From positions 50 through 64,049 of the forward strand of contig CADBQG010000040.1 of the NCBI GenBank assembly GCA_902796805.1: a DNA stretch of 64,000 nt, read 5' to 3'. The DNA comes from an uncultured Bacteroidota bacterium. Lineage in GTDB: Bacteria; Bacteroidota; Bacteroidia; Bacteroidales; WCHB1-69. Made by a program: the position numbers and the translations under genes. Below the pieces are notes generated by a model. It was not told the DNA's origin and searched no databases. It saw nothing but the letters and a program-made list of their open reading frames with translations. Positions 56,429 through 64,000 of this stretch are shown in pieces. The first letter of the stretch is position 1, and each line of letters starts with the position of its first letter.

Positions 56429-58939
56429 TCACACTAAAAAAGAACCTGTTATGCTGTTTTTGTCATGTGCTACCTGCAGAGGAGTGCCGGTTGCTACAAT
56501 TCGCCCGCCATCGTCGCCGCCGCCAGGACCCATGTCGATGATATAGTCGGCGGCGCGGATGACATCAAGGTCGTGTTCGATAACAACCACCGTGGCGCCG
56601 TTTTTAATCAGAGTGTCGAACACTTGCAGCAAAGTGCGCACGTCCAACGGGTGGAGTCCTATTGTTGGCTCGTCGAACACAAACACCGAATCATGCTGAA
56701 GGCGGCCCATCTCGGTTGCTAGTTTAAGGCGTTGCGCCTCCCCACCCGACAGGCTCGGAGTCTCCTCGCCAAGAGTCAGGTAGCCCAAACCGAGACTGTT
56801 GAGAACCTCAAGCTTTGGGTAAACATTTTTCATGTCCTTGCAGAAATCCATTGCAGAGCGTACGTCCATGTCCATCAATTCGGGCAGCGAGCGTGCTTCA
56901 TCGCATTTGTTCGTGTGGCGCACGCTGTATGCTGCCTTTGAATAGCGGGAGCCCCTGCAATCTGGACAAGGAATGTCAACATCGGGCAGAAACTGCACGT
57001 CAAGGCTTATCGAGCCTGTACCGTCGCAGACTGGGCAGCGCAGGTTTCCGGTATTGTAGGAGAAATCTCCTGCGTTATAGCCGCGCTTTTTGGCTTCTGC
57101 GGAACGGGCATATATCTTGCGCAGCTCATCATGAACGTTGGCGTATGTGGCAACTGTGGAACGCACATTCACACCTATCGGCGTGGCATCAATGAGCTTG
57201 ACATGCCCTATGCCATCAGCAGATATGCCATTCACATGCGCGGGCATCTGCTTGTCAGTAGTCGATGCCTCCAATGCCGGCACAAGGCTCTCCAAAATCA
57301 CTGTTGTCTTGCCTGAGCCTGACACGCCGGTAACAACAGTGAGTTTTCCTTTGGGAATATCCACCTCCAAAGGCTTTACGGTGTGTATCTTTTTTGTTGA
57401 GAGATGTATTTTGCCGAACTCGAACAGACTGTCGGCATCTGATTCATTCCAGCCGTGAGGTTGTTTTTTGTCAAGGAACGGTCCTATTTGGGATTCCGGA
57501 TTTGAGACTATGTCATCAACAGTACCTTCAGCAACCACTCTTCCGCCGTTGGCTCCGGCTTCCGGACCCAGCTCTATCATCCAGTCTGCTTCATGAAGAA
57601 TTTGAGTGTCATGGTCAACCAACAGCACAGTGTTTCCATCAGACACGAGGTCGTGCATAACACCGTTCAGTCCCACAATGTTCGAAGGGTGCAGTCCAAT
57701 AGAGGGTTCGTCGAGGACATAGAGGACTCCTGTTGTGCGGTTGCGCACTGCACGTGCCAACTGCATACGTTGCCGCTCGCCGGTGGAGAGAGTTGACGCA
57801 GCTCTGTCGAGGGTTAGGTAACCGAGTCCGAGATCCATGAGGCGGGCGGCGGCGGTGCGGAACGACTCGCAGATGCTTTCGGCCATCGGGCGCATCTCTT
57901 CAGGGAGCGAAGCCGGCACACCGTCAACCCATTTCGAGAGCTGCGACAGAGTCATGGTGCAAGCCTCGTCAAGACCGATGCCGCGAAGCCGCGGAGCCCG
58001 AGCCGCATCCGAGAGACGGGAGCCGTGGCACTCCGGACAGACATCCTCCTTTAGGAACTTCTCTACCCTTTTCATTCCCTTCTCATCCTTCACCTTGGCC
58101 AATGCGTTCTCCACGGTATATACTGCATTGTAGTACGTGAAATCCATCTCTCCGGAAACATTCGAATTCTTCGACTTATAGAGAATATGCTTTTTCTCCG
58201 CCGGTCCGTTATAGACAATGTCCTTCTCCTTGTCGGTGAGTTCACGGAACGGGACATCGGTGCGGACGCCCATGGCGCGGCACACGTCGGTCATGAGCGA
58301 CCACATGAGGCTATTCCACGGTGCCACGGCACCTTGGTCGATTGTCAGCGACTGGTCGGGCACGAGGGTTGCGATGTCAACGGTGCGCACCATGCCGGTG
58401 CCGCCGCAATGTCGGCAGGCGCCCTGGCTGTTGAAGGCAAGTTCTTCGGCTCCCGGCGCATAGAAATGCTCGCCGCACTCCGGACACACCGACTCCTGGC
58501 CGGCAGCGACAGCCAACGACGGCCGCAGGTAATGGCCGTTAGGACAACGGTGCTCGGCCAATCGCGAGTACATCAGACGCAGGCTGTTGAGCAGTTCCGT
58601 GCCGGTACCGAACGTTGAGCGGATGCCAGGCACCGAAGGCCGCTGATGCAATGCGAGCGCCGCCGGAACGTACAATATCTCGTCAACATCAGCCTTGGCT
58701 GCCTGTGTCATGCGGCGGCGGGTATAAGTCGAGAGCGACTCCAAATAGCGGCGCGACCCTTCGGCATACAACACACCCAGGGCCAACGACGACTTGCCCG
58801 AGCCGGAAACACCGGCAACCGCCACTATCTTGTGCAACGGGATGTCAACGTCGATATTCTTGAGGTTGTGTACCCGCGCCCCACGTACTTGGATGCAATC
58901 CGGCTTGTCATTATTTTCACGATTTTCTTTTTCTGCCAT
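56429..58939 (-). CDS. UvrA paralogue, class II (lacks the UvrB-binding domain)
   Basis: 836 aa. Two ABC modules (GVSGSGKSSLALGVLYAEG; GVSGSGKTTVILESL; signature LSTGERQRMQLA and LSGGEAQRLKLA) and Zn modules. Only ~35 residues (CPNGHYL...CPECGEHF...ACRHCGGTG) occupy the position where canonical UvrA carries the ~140-aa UvrB-binding insert. Confidence 0.85.
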   Translation of the reverse strand: MAEKENRENNDKPDCIQVRGARVHNLKNIDVDIPLHKIVAVAGVSGSGKSSLALGVLYAEGSRRYLESLSTYTRRRMTQAAKADVDEILYVPAALALHQRPSVPGIRSTFGTGTELLNSLRLMYSRLAEHRCPNGHYLRPSLAVAAGQESVCPECGEHFYAPGAEELAFNSQGACRHCGGTGMVRTVDIATLVPDQSLTIDQGAVAPWNSLMWSLMTDVCRAMGVRTDVPFRELTDKEKDIVYNGPAEKKHILYKSKNSNVSGEMDFTYYNAVYTVENALAKVKDEKGMKRVEKFLKEDVCPECHGSRLSDAARAPRLRGIGLDEACTMTLSQLSKWVDGVPASLPEEMRPMAESICESFRTAAARLMDLGLGYLTLDRAASTLSTGERQRMQLARAVRNRTTGVLYVLDEPSIGLHPSNIVGLNGVMHDLVSDGNTVLLVDHDTQILHEADWMIELGPEAGANGGRVVAEGTVDDIVSNPESQIGPFLDKKQPHGWNESDADSLFEFGKIHLSTKKIHTVKPLEVDIPKGKLTVVTGVSGSGKTTVILESLVPALEASTTDKQMPAHVNGISADGIGHVKLIDATPIGVNVRSTVATYANVHDELRKIYARSAEAKKRGYNAGDFSYNTGNLRCPVCDGTGSISLDVQFLPDVDIPCPDCRGSRYSKAAYSVRHTNKCDEARSLPELMDMDVRSAMDFCKDMKNVYPKLEVLNSLGLGYLTLGEETPSLSGGEAQRLKLATEMGRLQHDSVFVFDEPTIGLHPLDVRTLLQVFDTLIKNGATVVVIEHDLDVIRAADYIIDMGPGGGDDGGRIVATGTPLQVAHDKNSITGSFLV

Positions 58940-59023
58940 TTCTATATTCGATCTTCAATTGAATTTACTGCTCATAAACTTGCAACATCTTTGCCACTCT
59001 TGCCGTCAAGAAGCGTTTTTCTC

Positions 59024-62000
59024 TCATTGCCTGGACTTTTTAAGCACCATTTCGGGAAGGACCACGGCACATTCCTCGGAGTCGCCATTTCCTTTCCATG
59101 CGACTATGGCGAATATTTTTGCCGACGCCACCTCATAGCCTTTCTCACGCCATCTCATGATGTCTTCCCTTCTTGACTTCGACAAACAAGAAACGCAGTA
59201 GCCTGCCGCATCAGTGAAAAGACCCTGGCTATAAGACAACGGCACGTTGCCGGAGAGCCTCAATATGATGTTTTTTTTGTTTTTGAAAAAATCCAAATAG
59301 ACATCGCGCATGGAAAGCTGAAGCACCACCTCCTCAGGTGCGGGATACGCAGCAGTGTCATACCGGTAGGATACCCTGTCGGACTTGAGCGCTTCAAAAA
59401 TGCCGTTGTCGCAGTGGATATACAGGCTTTTCTTCGCCCGCGTTATACCGACATACAGGTTTCTGACTTGTTCATCTGTGTCGGCTTTCGCGTTTTTGAG
59501 AAGCATGTAAACCGTGTCAAACTCCCTGCCTTTCGACTTATGTATTGTGGATACAAGTATTGTCTTGCTCTCATCCCTGCAAAAGTCCTCTAATTTCGAT
59601 TCCTTCAGGAATTCGTCCAGGTCGCTTCTGTATTTGGTTTTGTTGGTTTTCTCAAATATGTTGAAGAAAACTTTCAGATAGTCTGAAAAAGGGCTGTTGG
59701 CGTATTTTTCCAAAGTTTTGTGCTTGGCGTATTCCCAAACCTCGTCGCTCACAACGGTTGCAGTGGTGTTTTCATCAATCTTCTTGGTGAAATATCTCAC
59801 TTCCATCAAGTTACAGAAACTGAATCCTTCGGTCGACTGTATCAGTCTTGCGCGCAAGCCGTTCTTTTTAAGCATGGCTGCCACCTGCGCTGCCTCTTCG
59901 TTCGTGACAGTGAGTACGCACGCCCTCTCTCCCCGGCATGTTGACTGCACATGCCTCGACAATGGGAGGAGTATGTTGCCGGAAGAGTGTTCTGTAACAT
60001 CAACGAGTCCGGTGACTTCTTTCACTGCGGTGCACTCATTTGTCTTCATCCTGTTCGACAGTCTCTTGACGAAAGATTCGGCGAAATCGACGATATTGAC
60101 AGCGCTTCTGTAATTCTCGGTCATCTCATATTTTACCGCGTTCTCCTGCTCGATCATCATGCGCATGTATTTGGCGTCGGAGCCTCTGAACCCGTAGATG
60201 TTCTGGTCGTCGTCGCCGACTGCAATCACACGCATGCTTTCATTGCAATGCATCAAAGCCCTGACCAAAGCATACTCTTTCGCGTCCATATCCTGGGCTT
60301 CGTCAATCACCAACACCGCCCTGTTTATCTTTCCCGGCTCGGCATCGTTGCGTTCAACCATAAGTCTTGCCCTTTCCACCACATCCTGGGAGTCTTCGAT
60401 AGAGCCGTTTTCCCCGAGCAGGTCAAAGCAGAACGAGTGGAAAGTCTTTATTTCAACGAAGAAGGCCGCATTTCCGATGAGGTCGACCAGCCTTTCCTTG
60501 AACTCGGTTGCGGCCGCGCGCGAGAAAGTGAGCATAAGCAGTTGCTCGTGCTTCACGTCCTCCATCAGGAGAAGAGAGGCCAATTTGTGGACAAGCACGC
60601 GTGTCTTGCCGCTTCCCGGGCCTGCTGCCACAACCATATACTTGGAGGCCTTGTCTGTGATTATTCTCCGTTGAGTGTCTGAAAGTTGGCCAAACAGTCG
60701 CCTGTACTTCTCCGGGGTGATGTTCTTCTCGATTTCAGACGCCCGTTCCCCTTTGAAATAGATGTCTATGAACTTCTTTGAATCCATCAGAAAGTAGTCC
60801 TGGACATATTTCAGCGCGGCGTTGTAGTCCTTCACCATCAGGTTTGCGTATTCTCCGACTATGTGTATCTGCCTTATCTTCTGCTTGTAGAATTCGTCGA
60901 GCATACGGTAGTCTTCAATCTTGTAGCGGTATTTCATGTCTGAGACCCGTTGTATTTGCATGGCATTATACACCACGAGAAAACCGCCTTCCAACTTCAA
61001 TATCCCCGTTTTTGAGAGGAAGAGCAGAGCCTCCTCCACATCGTTTATTTGGATTTTATCCCTTGAGGAGATGAGTTCTATGTTGCTGGAAGAGAATTTG
61101 TTCAGGAGATCCACTGTCGAGAAGCAGACGGCAGGCTCCGTGTGCTGCTGTTGTTTCAGTGAAAAAATATCGCGTATGATGAATCGGCAGAGCTCGATTC
61201 TCTTTTCCTGCGCGCGCAGCAGGCTGTCAACATCCATATTGAAAGAGAGCTTGAGGCTTCCTGTGCGGGCGTGCTCTTGTTTTTGCACGTAGGATTTTAG
61301 AGCCAGGAAGTTGAGTACAGTACGCATGTCCTTTACTGTGGAGCGCAGGTTTTGTTCCATGGCCAACTCATTGAGTTTCTTGTATGTTGTGGCTTCTTCT
61401 TTGCCGGTTTTGCCTGCGTTCGTGATAAGGAAGCGTTCCAGAAGCGCGAATCGCTCGAACTGCGCCAGAAGTTTCCGCTCTGTGTCGGAGGCTTGCAGGC
61501 GCGCCGTCATGTCCTGGGAGTCGGAGAGTATTCCGTCCTGCCTCATGAGGTTGACAGCGCCGATAACCGCCGCCTTGCTCATTCCGAGCATGTCGGCCAG
61601 ATAGTCAACCCTGGATTCTGCCGTTTCATTGTCGTCAGTCGTGGCCTTGGCAATCTGTCTGCTTGAGATGAGTGATTTTATGATTCTGACGGCGTCGTCT
61701 CTTGAGGTTTCGTCGAAAAGCGGCGACTGCTCGAGTCTTCTGCGGGCCTCGTCCATGTTCTTTACCGCGATTCCGGAAGCAAAAACATGCGGCACATTGT
61801 TCCCTCTTTTCACATATCCTGCCTGTTCCAACGCAGATATTGCGGTGCGCACCCGTGCCTCTATATCTGCCACGCCCTCGTTCCACCCTGCCTGCCGCGC
61901 TATCTCCAAGGCCGAGCACTGCACTGTCTTGCACTGCTTTGTGAGGGTTTTCACCGCCGTCCACACCTGCTGTATCTCGCCGATGCTTAATTTCGTCTGG

Positions 62001-63847
62001 TTCAGCAAAATGAAATGTTTGTCCAGGTCATGGTCGCTGTAAAGCACGAAACACTCCGCCTCCATTTCGGGGTCCCTTCCCGCCCGCCCGGCCTCCTGCA
62101 CATAGTTTTCCAACGAGTCGGATATGTCGTAGTGTATCACCATACCCACATCCTTCTTGTCGACACCCATTCCGAATGCCGAAGTGGCCACCATAACCCT
62201 GACGTCGTTGTTCATGAACGCGTTCTGGTTCTCAACCTTCACATTCGCATCCATCTTTCCGTGGAAAGGAAGCGCGGGGTACCCGTCCTTTGTGAGTTTC
62301 TGGGACAACTCGGCGGCCTTCCGCGTGCGCGAGACATAAACGATTGTCGGCTTGTCATTGCCGGCCAGCAAATTGCGCATATAGGAATATTTCTCCTCTT
62401 CTGTCTCTGCATGGATGACAGCATACTTCAGGTTGTGCCGCGCCGCAGGTGATGAGAAAAGAGCGAGGTTTATGCCAAGCTTGCGCTTGAAATAGTCCCT
62501 GATGTCGGAAATGACCTTCTGCTTTGCCGTTGCAGTAAAACACGACACCGGAATTGGATCCTGCAGCCGCTTTTTCTCCTGAAGCTGGCGGATGAAGTCC
62601 CCGATGTAAAGATAGTCGACCCTGAAGTCTTGCCCCCATGAGGAGAAACAATGCGCCTCGTCGATCACGAAACGGATAACATTGCGTGAGAGCAGAATCT
62701 TTTCAATGGTTTTGGAGCGGAGCATTTCGGGCGAGATGTAGAGCATCGTTGCTGTGCCGTCCGCGGCACGCTCAAAAGCGTTCTTGCGGGATATTGGATC
62801 CATAAGGCCGTTTATTGTTACGGCTTCAGTGATGTTCCGCGTCTCAAGATTGTCAACCTGGTCTTTCATCAGGGATTGCAGCGGAGAAATCACAACCGTG
62901 AGGCCGTGAACGGCTCTGCCAAACATTATGGCGGGAAGCTGGAAAGTGAGCGATTTCCCGCCGCCTGTAGGGAACACTGTCAGTAACGACTCACCGTCCA
63001 TCGCGGCCTGCACCGCCCGCTCCTGCATGGGTTCCCCTTCAAAGGAGCGGAACTCCGTATAACCGAAAACACTCTCCAAACCTCTATGAATGTCGAGAAG
63101 CGAGTTGCAGTGCTGACAACCGATGCTATGACAAGGCCGGCCGCACAACTGCCGGATTATATGCTCAACGGCCGCATAGTTGTGAAGAAGCCACGGCGGG
63201 GTTATTGACTTGTGGTCGTTTGTGTTGACAAGAGCCAACGCATACGCCAGCTCCACAGGGTGTTTCCTGACAAAACGGCCGATGTCTGCGTTTGAACATA
63301 TCCTTCCATCGAAGAAAGACGCGATATGCGCTGTCACGTCAATTCTCTCCTGACTCGCCCCCACGAACTTGAAGAAATCCCTGAACTCCTCAAACGGGGA
63401 AAGCAGATTGCAGTATATTTGTTTCAACTCCTGAGGCAGAGCGTTGAAAGCATTTATCTCGTCATAAAAAAGATCCCTTGCCTTTTTACAGTCGTTAAGT
63501 GGGTTGTTCAGTTCATCACTCTGCAACTTATCGTCCTTCAGCAATTTGTGATATGGCCTTTCAGGGAAAAGGAGCGGCGACAAGAAAAGTGTGTCTATCT
63601 TTTTCCTCCGAGACAATATTGAGTCGTCTACAATCTTCAGGTCGTGATGGACGATATTGTGGCCGCAAAGATACTCGGCATCACGGACAAAACTCACAAA
63701 GTCTTGTTTTGACGAAGAGTGGAACTCAAGACCAGACTCATGCAAAGCGCCGAAATCGAGTAATTTCTTGCCGTCGGCGCTCGCCTCCACGTCGATGAAC
63801 GCAATCTTGAATGAAGGTCTATTCAACAGGTTGAACCTTAAAGCCAT
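59024..63847 (-). CDS. Multidomain nuclease-helicase: DnaQ-like exonuclease + RecQ-type SF2 helicase + winged-helix-like linker + UvrD-type SF1 helicase
   Basis: 1607 aa. Exonuclease motifs IAFIDVEA and GHNIVHHDL. RecQ motifs FPTGGGKSLTFQLPA, FVIDEAHCFSSWGQDFR, SCFTATA, ATSAFGMGVDKKDVGMVIHYDISDSLENYVQEAGRAGRD. UvrD motifs VVAAGPGSGKTRVLVHK, VLVIDEAQDM, AVGDDDQNIYGFRGS, VSTIHKSKGREFDTVYM, YVGITRAKKSLYI. Confidence 0.85.
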   Translation of the reverse strand: MALRFNLLNRPSFKIAFIDVEASADGKKLLDFGALHESGLEFHSSSKQDFVSFVRDAEYLCGHNIVHHDLKIVDDSILSRRKKIDTLFLSPLLFPERPYHKLLKDDKLQSDELNNPLNDCKKARDLFYDEINAFNALPQELKQIYCNLLSPFEEFRDFFKFVGASQERIDVTAHIASFFDGRICSNADIGRFVRKHPVELAYALALVNTNDHKSITPPWLLHNYAAVEHIIRQLCGRPCHSIGCQHCNSLLDIHRGLESVFGYTEFRSFEGEPMQERAVQAAMDGESLLTVFPTGGGKSLTFQLPAIMFGRAVHGLTVVISPLQSLMKDQVDNLETRNITEAVTINGLMDPISRKNAFERAADGTATMLYISPEMLRSKTIEKILLSRNVIRFVIDEAHCFSSWGQDFRVDYLYIGDFIRQLQEKKRLQDPIPVSCFTATAKQKVISDIRDYFKRKLGINLALFSSPAARHNLKYAVIHAETEEEKYSYMRNLLAGNDKPTIVYVSRTRKAAELSQKLTKDGYPALPFHGKMDANVKVENQNAFMNNDVRVMVATSAFGMGVDKKDVGMVIHYDISDSLENYVQEAGRAGRDPEMEAECFVLYSDHDLDKHFILLNQTKLSIGEIQQVWTAVKTLTKQCKTVQCSALEIARQAGWNEGVADIEARVRTAISALEQAGYVKRGNNVPHVFASGIAVKNMDEARRRLEQSPLFDETSRDDAVRIIKSLISSRQIAKATTDDNETAESRVDYLADMLGMSKAAVIGAVNLMRQDGILSDSQDMTARLQASDTERKLLAQFERFALLERFLITNAGKTGKEEATTYKKLNELAMEQNLRSTVKDMRTVLNFLALKSYVQKQEHARTGSLKLSFNMDVDSLLRAQEKRIELCRFIIRDIFSLKQQQHTEPAVCFSTVDLLNKFSSSNIELISSRDKIQINDVEEALLFLSKTGILKLEGGFLVVYNAMQIQRVSDMKYRYKIEDYRMLDEFYKQKIRQIHIVGEYANLMVKDYNAALKYVQDYFLMDSKKFIDIYFKGERASEIEKNITPEKYRRLFGQLSDTQRRIITDKASKYMVVAAGPGSGKTRVLVHKLASLLLMEDVKHEQLLMLTFSRAAATEFKERLVDLIGNAAFFVEIKTFHSFCFDLLGENGSIEDSQDVVERARLMVERNDAEPGKINRAVLVIDEAQDMDAKEYALVRALMHCNESMRVIAVGDDDQNIYGFRGSDAKYMRMMIEQENAVKYEMTENYRSAVNIVDFAESFVKRLSNRMKTNECTAVKEVTGLVDVTEHSSGNILLPLSRHVQSTCRGERACVLTVTNEEAAQVAAMLKKNGLRARLIQSTEGFSFCNLMEVRYFTKKIDENTTATVVSDEVWEYAKHKTLEKYANSPFSDYLKVFFNIFEKTNKTKYRSDLDEFLKESKLEDFCRDESKTILVSTIHKSKGREFDTVYMLLKNAKADTDEQVRNLYVGITRAKKSLYIHCDNGIFEALKSDRVSYRYDTAAYPAPEEVVLQLSMRDVYLDFFKNKKNIILRLSGNVPLSYSQGLFTDAAGYCVSCLSKSRREDIMRWREKGYEVASAKIFAIVAWKGNGDSEECAVVLPEMVLKKSRQ

Positions 63848-63864
63848 TTTTTAAGAAATAATTG

Positions 63865-63872
63865 CAAAGATA
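63865..63872 (-). promoter_or_regulatory. -7 box TATCTTTG for the 1607-aa helicase gene
   Basis: The plus strand reads caaagata, 18 nt upstream of the ATG at 63847. Confidence 0.5.
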
Positions 63873-64000
63873 GCATTTTTCCTTGAAACGCCCGTAAACG
63901 CTTCAAAACGCAATGTGTGCATCTTTCCTCACTAAAGTCAGAACGCTTATCCTCAATTTTGATTTTGCACAATTTGTCATGTAAGAGTCCTGAAAATTTT

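Noticed and set aside
55424-63941. A 12-bp inverted match (ctgactttagtg at 55424-55435, cactaaagtcag at 63930-63941) flanking the exonuclease / UvrA2 / mega-helicase cluster, considered as possible terminal inverted repeats of a mobile unit.
   Set aside because: Matches of 12 bp are expected many times by chance in a 64-kb window. The flanking bases align only loosely, and there is no transposase or target-site duplication.
1-64000. CRISPR arrays, rRNA genes, IS elements or transposases, integrases and prophage structural modules.
   Set aside because: Apart from the 84-bp coding tandem repeat and the three FISUMP 3'-end copies, I saw no regularly spaced short repeats. No ORF carries DDE, tyrosine/serine-recombinase, Cas or capsid/terminase-like motifs that I could recognise.

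Overview
This window looks like a chromosomal segment from a T9SS-bearing member of the Bacteroidota, probably Bacteroidales. The lineage call rests on three things: TAnnTTTG -7 promoter boxes 15-75 nt upstream of most transcription units checked, the presence of SprA, GldD, a T9SS C-terminal sorting domain and a TonB-dependent receptor, and the near absence of Shine-Dalgarno sequences. I call about 49 protein genes, one gene fragment and one tRNA (Gln, anticodon CUG). Most of the window is housekeeping: htrA, rpoD, gldD, an AddA-like helicase-nuclease, purE, radA, rfbB, purD, an MltF-like transglycosylase, sprA (2410 aa), ruvA, comEC, corA, ruvC, rsmA, a nupG-like permease, rpsO, pepC, a PMM/PGM, smpB and a GH29 fucosidase. 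The only clearly accessory stretch is 44.8-48.1 kb, next to tRNA-Gln. There the 3' end of a FISUMP-type gene occurs three times as direct repeats. The repeats bracket two single-gene cassettes, each with its own promoter: an AAA+/PD-(D/E)XK ATPase and a RhuM/Doc-type Fic fusion. Other candidates for undescribed biology are: (1) a 1607-aa DnaQ-exonuclease + RecQ + UvrD protein lying co-directionally with a class II UvrA that lacks the UvrB-binding domain and with a stand-alone DnaQ-like exonuclease (55.5-63.9 kb); (2) a putative HEPN (RNxxxH) domain fused to a CBS pair (38.3-39.0 kb); (3) a sensor PP2C phosphatase fused to an RsbW-like kinase, with a STAS partner but no sigma factor nearby (10.2-12.6 kb); (4) a 391-codon reading frame broken by two in-frame stops (26.6-27.8 kb). 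I recognised no CRISPR array, rRNA, transposase, integrase, reverse transcriptase or phage structural gene. All functional calls come from reading motifs in the translated ORFs, not from database searches. Several ORF-track starts were shortened using promoter position and N-terminal sequence logic.
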